Assembly (NCBI GenBank): GCA_019114065.1
Contig: DXGF01000023.1
Location: forward strand, 1-60,666
Reading direction: 5' to 3'
Origin: Candidatus Dorea gallistercoris
Lineage (GTDB): Bacteria > Bacillota > Clostridia > Lachnospirales > Lachnospiraceae
Length of the DNA stretch: 60,666 nucleotides
A program made the translations under genes and the position numbers. Positions 9,561 to 19,648 of the stretch are shown one piece after another. How positions within the stretch are numbered: position 1 is the first letter of the stretch; each line of letters begins with the position of its first letter. A model generated the notes under the pieces. It worked only from the letters and a program-made list of their open reading frames with translations, was not told where the DNA came from and did not search any database.

Positions 9561-9628
9561 TTGCAACCTTCTATCCTCCATGCTATAATTGTTAAGGTTT
9601 CGTAAAAGTTATGTAAAATATCGTTTAA
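9561..9628 (+). promoter_or_regulatory. sigmaA promoter with four 11-bp-spaced PhoP/OmpR-like boxes
   Basis: TTGCAA-17-TATAAT with extended TG. Hexamers at 9590, 9601, 9612 and 9623 read TTAACA, TTTACG, TTTACA and TTAAAC on the minus strand. Confidence 0.6.
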
Positions 9629-9645
9629 TCTAAAGGAGAAATCTC

Positions 9646-11268
9646 ATGAAAACAACAGATATCCTAATGCTGCTTGGGGGACTGGCCTTGTTCCTCTATG
9701 GAATGCAGATGATGAGCAATGGCCTTGAGACGGCGGCAGGAAACAGAATGAAACAGATCCTGGAACGGCTGACCTCCAACCGGATCAAAGGCGTTCTTGT
9801 AGGCGCCATCATCACTGCGGTGATCCAGTCCTCCTCCGCCACCACCGTTATGGTAGTGGGGTTTGTCAATACTGGATTGATGACGCTGAACCAGGCCGTA
9901 TGGGTCATCATGGGCGCAAATATCGGTACTACCATCACTGGCCAGCTCATTGCCCTGGACATTGGAGCAATCGCTCCTTTGATCGCGTTTATCGGTGTTG
10001 CCTGTATCATGTTCCTGAAAAATGAAAAAGCCCGCCACATCAGTTCCATTTTCGCGGGACTTGGCGTGCTGTTCATCGGAATGGATATGATGGGTGAGGC
10101 CATGATGCCTCTCCGGGAATCAGATACCTTCATCCACTTTATGACTACCTTCAGCAATCCTCTGATCGGCATCGCCATCGGAGCGATATTCACCGCATTG
10201 ATCCAGTCTTCCTCCGCGTCCGTGGGCATCCTGCAGGCCCTGGCCGCCACAGGGACGATTCCTCTGTCCAGCGCGGTCTTCATCTTGTTTGGACAGAATA
10301 TCGGCACCTGTATCACCGCTGTGCTGGCGGCGATCGGCACCCGGCCAAACGCCAAGCGGACGACCATCATCCATTTAATGTTCAATATCATAGGAACGAT
10401 CATCTTTACCATTATCAGCCTGACTACCCCCTTCGTCTCGCTCATGGAGGGGATCACTCCCGACCCGGTGGCACAGATCGCGAATGTACATACTACCTTT
10501 AACATTGTCACCACTTTGACCCTACTCCCCTTTGGCACTTATATGGCTAAGCTGGCCACAAAGATCCTGCCGGAAAGCGAGGAAGAGATCGAACAGGTAA
10601 AGCGGCTGAAATATATTGTTCCTTTTGAGAGCAACTACCCAGTGGGACATACCGCCCTAGTCATCTCTCAGATCCAGCGGGAAGTCTCCCGGATGCTGGA
10701 TAAAGTCAAAGAAAATGTGGAAGCCAGCTATAACGCCCTGCTGAAAGGCGAATCCGCTTCCATCGAAGAAATAGAAGAACGGGAAGATTACATCGATTAC
10801 CTGAATACAGAGATCTCAAAATACATCGTCCGCCTGATGCCCGTAGAAATGGCGGAAGCCGACAGCCGCCGAATCAACAACTATTATATGATCATCAGCA
10901 ATATCGAGCGGATCGGCGATCATGCCATAAATATCGCGGAATATACACAAAACATGAAGAAATGGAACATAGCCTTCTCCGACAACGCCCGGACAGAGAT
11001 CAAGAAAATGAAACAGATCAGTATAAAAATCCTGGAAGTCATAGATTTTACAGACGAGACCACTCCGGCCTCCCAGCTGCAGGCCATATCCAAATACGAG
11101 TCCCTGATGGATGAAATGGAGAAAAAGTACCTGAAGCGCCAGATCAAGCGGGCCAAGAAGGGAGACTGCAAGGCAGAGTCTGGTATCCTCTTCTCCGAAC
11201 TCCTCACCGACTTCGAGAGGATTGGCGATTACGCCCTCAACGTAGGCGAACTCCACGCAGAGATGTGA
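9646..11268 (+). CDS. Na/Pi cotransporter family protein with C-terminal PhoU-like domains
   Basis: Two QSSS motifs, GANIGTT/GQNIGT, and two ERIGD PhoU-type motifs. Confidence 0.95.
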   Translation: MKTTDILMLLGGLALFLYGMQMMSNGLETAAGNRMKQILERLTSNRIKGVLVGAIITAVIQSSSATTVMVVGFVNTGLMTLNQAVWVIMGANIGTTITGQLIALDIGAIAPLIAFIGVACIMFLKNEKARHISSIFAGLGVLFIGMDMMGEAMMPLRESDTFIHFMTTFSNPLIGIAIGAIFTALIQSSSASVGILQALAATGTIPLSSAVFILFGQNIGTCITAVLAAIGTRPNAKRTTIIHLMFNIIGTIIFTIISLTTPFVSLMEGITPDPVAQIANVHTTFNIVTTLTLLPFGTYMAKLATKILPESEEEIEQVKRLKYIVPFESNYPVGHTALVISQIQREVSRMLDKVKENVEASYNALLKGESASIEEIEEREDYIDYLNTEISKYIVRLMPVEMAEADSRRINNYYMIISNIERIGDHAINIAEYTQNMKKWNIAFSDNARTEIKKMKQISIKILEVIDFTDETTPASQLQAISKYESLMDEMEKKYLKRQIKRAKKGDCKAESGILFSELLTDFERIGDYALNVGELHAEM

Positions 11269-11282
11269 TACACCAGTTCAGG

Positions 11283-11341
11283 CAAAGAAAGAGGCAGGCA
11301 CAAATCATGCTCGCATGAATTTGTACCTGCCTCTTTCTTTG
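11283..11341. terminator. long hairpin, probable bidirectional terminator or repeat element
   Basis: CAAAGAAAGAGGCAGGCACAAAT-CATGCTCGCATGA-ATTTGTACCTGCCTCTTTCTTTG between convergent genes. Confidence 0.65.
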
Positions 11342-11344
11342 TGC

Positions 11345-11454
11345 TGAGCGCCCTCTCATGAGCAAAATCAGCCGCGCCAGCAGCGGGTAAGCCCCTTAAG
11401 GGGCGGTTTTGCGAATGGGCGCGGCTGAACTGGGCTGTCTGCCTTGAGCGCCCT
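11345..11454. repeat. hairpin element flanked by a 10-bp direct repeat (MITE/REP-like)
   Basis: TGAGCGCCCT at 11345 and 11445; internal IR TCAGCCGCGCC/GGCGCGGCTGA; central palindrome GCCCCTTAAGGGGC. Confidence 0.5.
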
Positions 11455-13063
11455 AGTCCTCCCGGTCCCACTTATCCGCCAGATTCTGGATCTGGGATTC
11501 AAATTTCACCAATTCCTTATTGGCCAGCTCTTCATTTTTATAGACCACTTCCAGCAAACGTTTCGCCGCGGCCACAACCCGCTCAAATACCTCCCGCTTC
11601 CTGGTCCTGGCAGGTTTGTGTTCTTTCTTCGGCTCCCGTACACCTTCTGAGAGAATCTCCCCTGTGGCAAGATCCACGCATCCGCTAGAATACGGAGCAA
11701 ATGCGGGCCACCCGAAATGTTCCTCCACGGTACGGGCAAATATATCCGTCACTTCATCCTCTCCATGGACCACAAACACGTGCTCCGGAGCTTTCTGGAA
11801 CCCTTCCAGCCAGCCCAGCAGGCCATTCTTATCCGCATGCCCGCTGATCCCCTGCAGGACCTGGATCTGGGCGTTGACTTCCACCGTTTCACCGAACAGC
11901 TTAACAAACTCTGCCCCTTCCACCAGCTTTCGTCCCAGGGTTCCGGCCGCCTGATACCCTACAAAACAGATCGTACTCTCCTTTCGCCACAGATTGTGCT
12001 TCAGATGATGCCGGATCCTTCCCGCCTCACACATGCCGGAAGCCGATAAGATCACCTTCGGTTTCTCATTGAGGTTGATCATCTTAGATTCATCAGAAGT
12101 GATCGTTGTGCGCAATCCCTGGAAGATCAGCGGATTGATCCCCTGTTCCACCAGAGCCAGCGCCTCCGCGTCAAAGCAGGATTTCACGTTCTTGTTAAAT
12201 ACATTGGTGGCCTCAATTGCAAGTGGGCTGTCCACATAGACCTCAAAATTCTGATACTGAGGAAGCAGTCCTTTCTCCTTGATCTCCCGGAAGAAGTACA
12301 GAAGTTCCTGCGTCCTTCCCACGGCAAAGGAGGGGATCACCACATTTCCTCCCCGGTCGAAGGTCTCCTTTAAAATCCTGGTCAGATCTCCCACATAATC
12401 CGGCCGTTCTGTTCCGTGGAGCCGGTCTCCGTAAGTAGACTCGATCACTATATAATCCGCCTCCCTTACTGGCTTCGGATCCTTGATGATCGGCTGGGAC
12501 AGGTTCCCCACATCGCCGGAGAACACCACCTTCCTGGTCACTCCTTCTTCCGTGATCCACACCTCCACAGCCGCGGACCCCAACAGGTGCCCCACATCGG
12601 TAAACCGCACTTCGATCCCCTCGCACAGCCGGATCTTCTGCCCATAATCGCAGGGATATAACAGCCGGATCGCCGCCTCTGCGTGCTCCATAGAATAAAG
12701 CGGCTCATAGGGCGGCGCTCCGCTCCGTTTCGCTTTGCGGTTCCGCCACTGGGCCTCGAATTCCTGGATGTGGGCGCTGTCGCGGAGCATGATGCTGCAC
12801 AGATCCGCCGTGGCGAACGTGGAAACAATATCTCCGTGGAACCCTTCCTTACACAGCATTGGTATTTTCCCGGAATGGTCAATGTGGGCGTGGGTCAGCA
12901 GGATGTGATCAATGTCCGCCGCCCGGACCGGTATCTCCTGGTTTTCATACAGATCCGGCCCCTGCTCCATGCCACAGTCCACCAGGATATGCTTTCCGCA
13001 GGCTTCGATCATATGGCAGCTTCCTGTCACCTCATGATCTGCTCCAATAAAAAAAAGTTTCAT
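11453..13063 (-). CDS. MBL-fold beta-CASP ribonuclease family protein
   Basis: VTGSCH, THAHIDHSG, GHLLGS, FSGD, ESTYG, SASGMCEAGRI, SGHAD, VHGE. Confidence 0.94.
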   Translation of the reverse strand: MKLFFIGADHEVTGSCHMIEACGKHILVDCGMEQGPDLYENQEIPVRAADIDHILLTHAHIDHSGKIPMLCKEGFHGDIVSTFATADLCSIMLRDSAHIQEFEAQWRNRKAKRSGAPPYEPLYSMEHAEAAIRLLYPCDYGQKIRLCEGIEVRFTDVGHLLGSAAVEVWITEEGVTRKVVFSGDVGNLSQPIIKDPKPVREADYIVIESTYGDRLHGTERPDYVGDLTRILKETFDRGGNVVIPSFAVGRTQELLYFFREIKEKGLLPQYQNFEVYVDSPLAIEATNVFNKNVKSCFDAEALALVEQGINPLIFQGLRTTITSDESKMINLNEKPKVILSASGMCEAGRIRHHLKHNLWRKESTICFVGYQAAGTLGRKLVEGAEFVKLFGETVEVNAQIQVLQGISGHADKNGLLGWLEGFQKAPEHVFVVHGEDEVTDIFARTVEEHFGWPAFAPYSSGCVDLATGEILSEGVREPKKEHKPARTRKREVFERVVAAAKRLLEVVYKNEELANKELVKFESQIQNLADKWDRED

Positions 13064-13113
13064 ACACAAAGCCCCTTTCTTTTTTTCATTGTAGCACCTT
13101 TTCCGGCGGATGG

Positions 13114-13854
13114 CTACGAATACTTTACCATCTCTCTGCGGAGCCTCTGCATGATCTTCTTCTCCAGTCTGGAGATATAAGACTGAGAGATTCCCAGCAT
13201 ATCCGCCACCTCTTTCTGCGTTTTCTCCTCCCCGTCCGGCGTCCCGAGCCCGAACCGCATCTGGATGATGGTCCGCTCTCTCCCGGTTAGCCGCCCAATG
13301 GCCCGCACCAACAGTCTCCTTTCCGCTTCTGTCTCCAGATCTCTGTAAATGGTGTCCTCCTCCGTTCCCAGAATATCAGACAGCAGCAGTTCATTTCCAT
13401 CCCAGTCCACATTCAAAGGCTCATCGATGGAAACCTCCATCCGTGTCTTATTATTTCTCCTCAGATACATGAGGATTTCATTTTCAATACAGCGGGAAGC
13501 ATATGTGGCAAGCTTGATCTTCTTCCCCGGATTAAAGGTGTTGATCGCCTTGATCAGTCCGATCGTTCCTATGGAGATCAAATCCTCCACGCCTACGCCT
13601 GTATTGTCAAACTTCTTTGCTATGTAGACCACAAGCCTCAAATTATGTTCGATCAGGATCTTCTTCGCCTGCTCCTCCTCCTCGGTCCCAAGCCGCCGGA
13701 TCTGCCGGGCTTCTTCCTCTGTCTCCAGCGGGGCTGGAAGGATCTCAGACCCGCCGATATAATGGATATCCCTTTTGTCCGGAAAAAACAACGTCCGGAA
13801 ATCCGGAATGACTTTCAGTTTAAATTGATGAGGTACGGCTACTTTTATGATCAT
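13114..13854 (-). CDS. sigE: sporulation sigma factor E (pro-sigmaE)
   Basis: [59 protein letters not shown]; follows spoIIGA. Confidence 0.97.
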   Translation of the reverse strand: MIIKVAVPHQFKLKVIPDFRTLFFPDKRDIHYIGGSEILPAPLETEEEARQIRRLGTEEEEQAKKILIEHNLRLVVYIAKKFDNTGVGVEDLISIGTIGLIKAINTFNPGKKIKLATYASRCIENEILMYLRRNNKTRMEVSIDEPLNVDWDGNELLLSDILGTEEDTIYRDLETEAERRLLVRAIGRLTGRERTIIQMRFGLGTPDGEEKTQKEVADMLGISQSYISRLEKKIMQRLRREMVKYS

Positions 13855-13865
13855 TGTTATTCCTC

Positions 13866-14642
13866 CTATAAAACATCAGGATTCAGGAGCATCTCATAAT
13901 CGTCCGCGGAGATCTCTTCATACACGGCTACCAGCGGATCCTCCACAACTTCCACAGTCTCTCCTTGGACCTCCATTTTATCCAGAGGGAACATCGGCAG
14001 GACGCCTTCTCTGGTCCCCACCGCATGGTAAGGGATCCAGCGGATTCCTTGTGTCTGGCTCCAATCCCCCAGACTGTCGGCCGTCTTCCGGCTGATGATG
14101 CTCACCGGCTTCCCGCTCAGCCCATCCCGCAGACTGTTTCCCGTATCGATCACCGCTGTGATCCTGCAACGCCTGTTTCCACGGTAGAGGACCACCTGCC
14201 TGCGATAGTGATCCTGCCTGGCCAGATACTTCAGAAGCTTAAAGATTCCCAGCGCTCCATAGTAACTTACCACCGCAAAGGCGAAGAACAGACCGGCAGT
14301 CCGTGTATAAGGCCACAGACTTTCCAGGATCCCTCCTACCAGGAAACCACTGATATAGAGCAGAAGAAAGGCCTTCCAGAGAGTTCTGTCCCATCCTGTC
14401 CTGAGTCCTGTTTTCAGCATGATGATATTAATGAGCCCATGGAACATGATGAATTTGACAGACGCGTAAGGGATGGGAAGCAGAATGACGACACAGGTGC
14501 CAAAAGCCCCTGCCGCGGCTCCCAGGAATATCCTTCCATGTGTGGCAGGACATTTCAGGATCTTCCTCACGATCTCCAGCAAGATCGCATCCATCATAAA
14601 ATTCACAAGAAAAAACACGTCTATGTATAATTCATAGTACAC
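13866..14642 (-). CDS. spoIIGA: pro-sigmaE processing aspartic protease
   Basis: [11 protein letters not shown]-terminus, multiple TM segments, DTGN catalytic motif, upstream of sigE. Confidence 0.93.
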   Translation of the reverse strand: MYYELYIDVFFLVNFMMDAILLEIVRKILKCPATHGRIFLGAAAGAFGTCVVILLPIPYASVKFIMFHGLINIIMLKTGLRTGWDRTLWKAFLLLYISGFLVGGILESLWPYTRTAGLFFAFAVVSYYGALGIFKLLKYLARQDHYRRQVVLYRGNRRCRITAVIDTGNSLRDGLSGKPVSIISRKTADSLGDWSQTQGIRWIPYHAVGTREGVLPMFPLDKMEVQGETVEVVEDPLVAVYEEISADDYEMLLNPDVL

Positions 14643-14697
14643 GTTCCGCCTTCTTTCTCCTTTGATACTAAATCGATTTGGTATGTGGGCAAGACTT

Positions 14698-14763
14698 ATT
14701 ATACGAGGGTGGAAAAAAAGATTTTGTCATATGGTGGAAGAGAAAAAAAGATTTTTTTCGACA
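14698..14763 (-). promoter_or_regulatory. spoIIG promoter with Spo0A box
   Basis: TGTCGAA (0A box) at 14763-14757 and TATAAT at 14703-14698. Confidence 0.65.
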
Positions 14764-14816
14764 GAAAAAGAGACCAGCGCCGCCTCATACGGTCTGGTCC
14801 CATGATCAGATCAAAC

Positions 14817-16067
14817 TTACTTTTTAAAGAAATCTGGAATCTTGATGGACTGTTCTTTCACCTTGCTGGAAGGAGTCCTAGGCGTCTCCAGAGAAGGAGC
14901 GGTCCCACCGGGAGCCTTCCTGGTCACATTACCGCTTCCGCCAGTCCCTGTGCCGGTGCTCTTTCCTGTGGCCAGACCGATATCCAGCTTCGGTGCGCGG
15001 GCCTGGCCTGCCCCGCGCTGCTGTCCGCCGGCCGTTCTCTCAAAATTCCCTTGGGCCACTGTGGCCCCTGTCCTTGGATGCTCCAGTCTGGACTTGAGTT
15101 TGGAAGCGCTCCCTCCCACATTGTGCAGTCCGGTGGCGATCACAGTGATCGTCGCCTCATCCGCTCGGGAGTCATCATACATCGCGCCAAAGATGATATT
15201 GGCGTCTTCGCCTGCCAGATCCTGTACGTACTCTGCGGCATCCGATGCATCCATAAGAGTAATATCACCGGATACATTGATGATGACATGAGAAGCGCCG
15301 GCGATCGTAGTCTCAAGGAGCGGGCTGGCAACTGCCTGTTTCACTGCCTCAAGAGCCTTGTCATCGCCTCGTCCCTGTCCGATACCGATATGGGCGATTC
15401 CCTTGTCTGTCATGACTGTCTGAACATCCGCAAAGTCCAGATTGATCAGAGACGGTACATTGATCAGGTCCGTGATCCCCTGAATACCCTGCTGTAGGAC
15501 TTCATCCGCCTTCTTCAGAGCCTCCGGCATAGTGGTACGCCTGTCCACTACCTCGAGAAGCTTATCATTGGGGATAACAATCAGAGTGTCCACATTCTCC
15601 TTCAGTTTCTCAATACCGGAAAGGGCGTTGTTCATGCGGGTCTTCGACTCAAAGCGGAAGGGCTTCGTCACAACCCCCACCGTCAGAGCGCCCTGCTCTT
15701 TGGCGATCCGGGCTACCACAGGTGTGGCTCCGGTTCCGGTCCCGCCGCCCATACCGCAGGTGACAAATACCATGTCCGCTCCTTTGAGGGCCGCTGATAT
15801 CTCTTCCGCGCTTTCCTCCGCCGCTTTCTCTCCTACCTCCGGCCTGGCTCCCGCGCCGAGTCCCTTGGTGATCTTGTCCCCGATCTGCATAAGAGTGGGG
15901 GCTTTACATAACTGAAGTGCCTGTTTATCTGTATTAATCGCTATAAATTCCACACCGGCGATCTGCTCATCGATCATGCGGTTGACTGCGTTATTTCCGC
16001 CGCCGCCGACTCCACAAACAATTATTTTCGCCGCCGCTTCCGATTCGTTTGTCTTAATCTCTAGCAA
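14817..16067 (-). CDS. ftsZ: cell division protein FtsZ
   Basis: [29 protein letters not shown]-terminal IPDFFKK; TTG start. Confidence 0.99.
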   Translation of the reverse strand: MLEIKTNESEAAAKIIVCGVGGGGNNAVNRMIDEQIAGVEFIAINTDKQALQLCKAPTLMQIGDKITKGLGAGARPEVGEKAAEESAEEISAALKGADMVFVTCGMGGGTGTGATPVVARIAKEQGALTVGVVTKPFRFESKTRMNNALSGIEKLKENVDTLIVIPNDKLLEVVDRRTTMPEALKKADEVLQQGIQGITDLINVPSLINLDFADVQTVMTDKGIAHIGIGQGRGDDKALEAVKQAVASPLLETTIAGASHVIINVSGDITLMDASDAAEYVQDLAGEDANIIFGAMYDDSRADEATITVIATGLHNVGGSASKLKSRLEHPRTGATVAQGNFERTAGGQQRGAGQARAPKLDIGLATGKSTGTGTGGSGNVTRKAPGGTAPSLETPRTPSSKVKEQSIKIPDFFKK

Positions 16068-16216
16068 GGGTTTCTCCTCCTTTGTTATCCTTATTATTTA
16101 TACATCCCATAAGGAAAGTGCAGAACTACACTTTGCCATATATAATCTATAATATAGACTTTTGTACAAAATATCAATAGAATTCCTGGATTTTTCTTAA
16201 TTTTCTTCGTAACAGT

Positions 16217-16996
16217 TCAGTCATCTGAGATCTCTTCCGGGAATTCTCCCACATCGAAGGTGATCGTCTCCTTCCCCTCCGAGTAGTTTTCCAGATGCAG
16301 GGTTCCTTCCTTCCCTTCCAGCTTCTCCAGGATCGGGGCAATCTGGTCGATCTTCTCCAGCGTCACATGATTTCCCAGGCTGACGCAGACCTTCCCGATA
16401 TAGAGATAGATCCTGCTGTCCTGGCAGACGATCTTACTTGTGGACAGGTCATCCTTCTTCAGTTCATCGGAGGCTTCCAGGATTTCTTCAAAAATCTGAG
16501 AATTCTCACTCTCCAGAGGCTTGTACAGGTTGATCTCTTTTACCTCTATGCCCTCCACACAGGGGACACCTTCGATATAGACCGCATCCTTTTTTACCAC
16601 CAGGCCTTCCTTGTCAAAATAGGCATACTCCTGTCCATCATACATATACCCTACGATCGCTTTCTCCTTCACCGTCACCCGAAGAGTCCAGGGGGTTTTC
16701 AGTCCCACCGTTATACTGTCCAGACAAGGCGGACTCTCCCCCCTGCCCAGAAGATATTTCCCGATCACATACAGTGAATTCCCGGAAAACCGGTCGTTCT
16801 GCACCGCTTCCAGGATCTCCCCATCTGTGCAGTATTCATTCCCCTCTATCTCCACCTTCTGCACATGAAAAAGCAGAAGGACCGCGAGCACGATGATCGC
16901 AAGGCCAAGGATGATGACAAGGAGCGCGTACAGCCTGTGGCCTTTTTTCTTCCGTCTTCTCCTGGGCCGTTCTTCCATTTGTTCCTGTGTTTCCAT
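16217..16996 (-). CDS. ftsQ: cell division protein FtsQ/DivIB
   Basis: Basic N-terminus, one TM, POTRA-like VEIEGNEY...VTVKEK; position in the dcw cluster. Confidence 0.82.
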   Translation of the reverse strand: METQEQMEERPRRRRKKKGHRLYALLVIILGLAIIVLAVLLLFHVQKVEIEGNEYCTDGEILEAVQNDRFSGNSLYVIGKYLLGRGESPPCLDSITVGLKTPWTLRVTVKEKAIVGYMYDGQEYAYFDKEGLVVKKDAVYIEGVPCVEGIEVKEINLYKPLESENSQIFEEILEASDELKKDDLSTSKIVCQDSRIYLYIGKVCVSLGNHVTLEKIDQIAPILEKLEGKEGTLHLENYSEGKETITFDVGEFPEEISDD

Positions 16997-17011
16997 GTAT
17001 ACTCCTCTCTT

Positions 17012-17170
17012 GCGCGAGGCTTGCGCTTCCCTTCCCACGAGCCTCGCGCTTCAGCCCTGCAACGTGTTGCAGGGCTGTTCGTTGCACTCTCATAGATATG
17101 CCTCGGAAAAAGCGCCCGGCTGCCTGCAGCCGGCATTTTTTCCTCTGCATATCTGCGCTCGTTGCTATGC
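17012..17170. repeat. composite three-hairpin intergenic element
   Basis: Inverted repeats at 17012-17049, 17052-17077 and 17094-17154. Confidence 0.6.
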
Positions 17171-17175
17171 GTTCA

Positions 17176-18267
17176 TTATACACGAGAGGATACGCTTAAG
17201 ACAAGCCCCATTTCCAGAAGGAGGAAGACCACGGAGGTTCCCCCGTAACTGATGAATGGAAGGGTGATGCCGGTGTTGGGGATGGTGTTGGTCACCACCG
17301 CGATATTTAAGATCACCTGGATCATCATGTGGGCCATGGCTCCGGCGGCGATCAGCGCTCCGAACAGATCCGGCGCCCGGGAGGCGATCACGAAGAACCG
17401 CCAGATCAGGATGAGAAACAGCAAAAGTACAAATCCTGCCCCAAACAGCCCCAATTCTTCGCAGATGATAGAGAAGATCATGTCGTTCTGCGCCTCCGGC
17501 ACGAATCCCAGCTTCTGGACACTCTCTCCCAGCCCCCGGCCGAACAGGCCGCCGGATCCGATGGCATACAGACCCTGGAGGGTCTGATAGCCTTTCTCGT
17601 AGGCCTCCGGATTCCTCCAGATCGCCAGACGCTCCAGTCGATAGCTTTCCAGCGCCAGGAAGATCGCCATGAACCCCGCGCCGGCAACTCCCATCAGGAT
17701 AAAAGGACTGTACTTGGGACTTGCCACAAACACCAGGATAACCCCGATCCCCAGGATGATGATCGCGGTGCTCAGATTACTGGCTCCTACCAGACCCACA
17801 ACGGGAAGGATAGACAGCATGATCTTGAGAAGCGTTCCCATCTTTCCCATCTTTTTGATATTCCTGGTCACGATCCAAGCCAGGAAAAGGATCACCGCCA
17901 CCTTGGCGAACTCCGAAGGCTGAAATGAAAAAGGCCCCAAAGAAAGCCATCTTTTGGACCCGTTATATTCTTCCCCTATAAACAAGACCGCCACCGACAG
18001 GATCACTGCGGTCAGATATCCCAGGACCGCTCCGTGCTTCCACACATGATAGTCCATATCCGCCACCAGAAACATTCCCAGGATCCCAAGCAGTGTGGCG
18101 AACACCTGCTTTTTCAGATAATAAAAGGAGTCGTGAAACTTTACCTCGCCGTTGTAGGAGCTGGTGCTGTACAAGATCACCAGCCCAAAGACCACCAGCA
18201 CCCCGAGAGCGGCCAGGAGCGTCAGATCATACTTCCTCTTTTTTGGCTGTGTCAATCTTTCCTGCAC
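17176..18267 (-). CDS. SEDS glycosyltransferase (SpoVE/FtsW)
   Basis: FQPSEFAK, GSGGLFGRG, PEAQNDMIFSIICEELG, GITLPFISYGGTS. Confidence 0.93.
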   Translation of the reverse strand: MQERLTQPKKRKYDLTLLAALGVLVVFGLVILYSTSSYNGEVKFHDSFYYLKKQVFATLLGILGMFLVADMDYHVWKHGAVLGYLTAVILSVAVLFIGEEYNGSKRWLSLGPFSFQPSEFAKVAVILFLAWIVTRNIKKMGKMGTLLKIMLSILPVVGLVGASNLSTAIIILGIGVILVFVASPKYSPFILMGVAGAGFMAIFLALESYRLERLAIWRNPEAYEKGYQTLQGLYAIGSGGLFGRGLGESVQKLGFVPEAQNDMIFSIICEELGLFGAGFVLLLFLILIWRFFVIASRAPDLFGALIAAGAMAHMMIQVILNIAVVTNTIPNTGITLPFISYGGTSVVFLLLEMGLVLSVSSRV

Positions 18268-18270
18268 TCC

Positions 18271-19626
18271 TTATAAGGAATTTACAATCTCTTTAAACTT
18301 CTCTCCGCGTGCCTCATAATTGGGAAACATATCCCAGCTTGCGCAGGCCGGGGACAGCAGGACCGCATCTCCCGCCTCCGCCAGATCCGCCGCCAGGCTC
18401 ACTGCCTCCTCAAACCCATCTGCCAGTACATAATCATGGAACCCGCACTTTTCCGCATCCCGGGCGATCTTCTCCCGGGTCTGGCCCAGGAGGACCAGCT
18501 TCTTTACTTTGCCGTCAAAAGCCCGGATCCACTGCGTATATTCCGAATCTTTGTCGTATCCGCCTCCCAGGAGGACGGTGGGCCGGTTCATCGCCTGGAT
18601 GGCCTTGATCGCGGCATCCGGATTGGTCCCCTTGGAGTCGTTGTAATAGACGACCCCTCCTTTTTCCGCCACGAACTCGATCCTGTGCTCCACCCCTTGA
18701 AAGGCAAGGACCGCCTCCTTGATCACCGGGATCGGCACTCCGTAGACAGCGGCCATTCCGGCCGCGGCCATCACATTTTCATAGTTGTGGGTCCCCAGGA
18801 CCTGCAATTCTTCCACACCGCAGATCCTGATCTCTTCCGGATTTTTATAAATGATAGAGCTCCGGTCCAGATAGATCCCTCTTTCTAGTTTACGCTGACT
18901 GCTGAAATATAGAACCTGGGCTTTTACCTTTTCTCCGAATTCCCGGGTCCTGTCGTCCTCATAATTGAGGATGCAGTAATCTTTTTCCGTCTGATTCTCC
19001 GCGATCCGCTTCTTCGCGTTCACATAGGCTTCCATGGTATGATGACGGTTCAGGTGGTCTGGTGTGAAATTCAGGATCGCGCTGACCTTGGGGTGAAACT
19101 CCCGGATCGTCTCCAGCTGGAAACTGCTCATCTCCGCCACCGTAACAGACCGCTCTGTCATCTCTTTTGCCGCCATTGTATAAGGGTTCCCGATATTCCC
19201 CACCACAAACACCTCGTCCTGGTATCTTTTCATGATCTGCCCAAGGAGAGTGGTGGTAGTAGTCTTTCCGTTGGTCCCTGTGATCGCCAGGACATCGCCC
19301 TTCCCGAAATGATAAGCCAGCTCCACCTCTCCGATGACCAGGATCCCACGGGACATCATCTGTTCCACCACCGGAAGGTCCGTGGGGACCCCCGGACTTA
19401 AGACGACCAGTTCCAGCTGATCCAGAAGCGCTCCCGGGAATTCTCCCGCTATGATCTCTGTTCCAGATCCGCCGCCAAGCTGAGCCTTGATTTTCCGGAT
19501 ATCCAGATTTGGATTCCCGTCATACAGGGTCACCGAAGCTCCCTCTGATTCCAGAAGCCGGGCCGCCGCCGTCCCGCTGATTCCAGATCCGAATACCAGT
19601 GCCTTCTTTCCCTTTGTATCTATCAT
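18271..19626 (-). CDS. murD: UDP-MurNAc-L-Ala-D-glutamate ligase
   Basis: ITGTNGKTTT, GNIG, SSFQLE, DHLNRH, NDSKGTN, LLSPACASWD. Confidence 0.98.
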   Translation of the reverse strand: MIDTKGKKALVFGSGISGTAAARLLESEGASVTLYDGNPNLDIRKIKAQLGGGSGTEIIAGEFPGALLDQLELVVLSPGVPTDLPVVEQMMSRGILVIGEVELAYHFGKGDVLAITGTNGKTTTTTLLGQIMKRYQDEVFVVGNIGNPYTMAAKEMTERSVTVAEMSSFQLETIREFHPKVSAILNFTPDHLNRHHTMEAYVNAKKRIAENQTEKDYCILNYEDDRTREFGEKVKAQVLYFSSQRKLERGIYLDRSSIIYKNPEEIRICGVEELQVLGTHNYENVMAAAGMAAVYGVPIPVIKEAVLAFQGVEHRIEFVAEKGGVVYYNDSKGTNPDAAIKAIQAMNRPTVLLGGGYDKDSEYTQWIRAFDGKVKKLVLLGQTREKIARDAEKCGFHDYVLADGFEEAVSLAADLAEAGDAVLLSPACASWDMFPNYEARGEKFKEIVNSL

Positions 19627-19648
19627 CTCTATATTTCTATCCTTTCTC

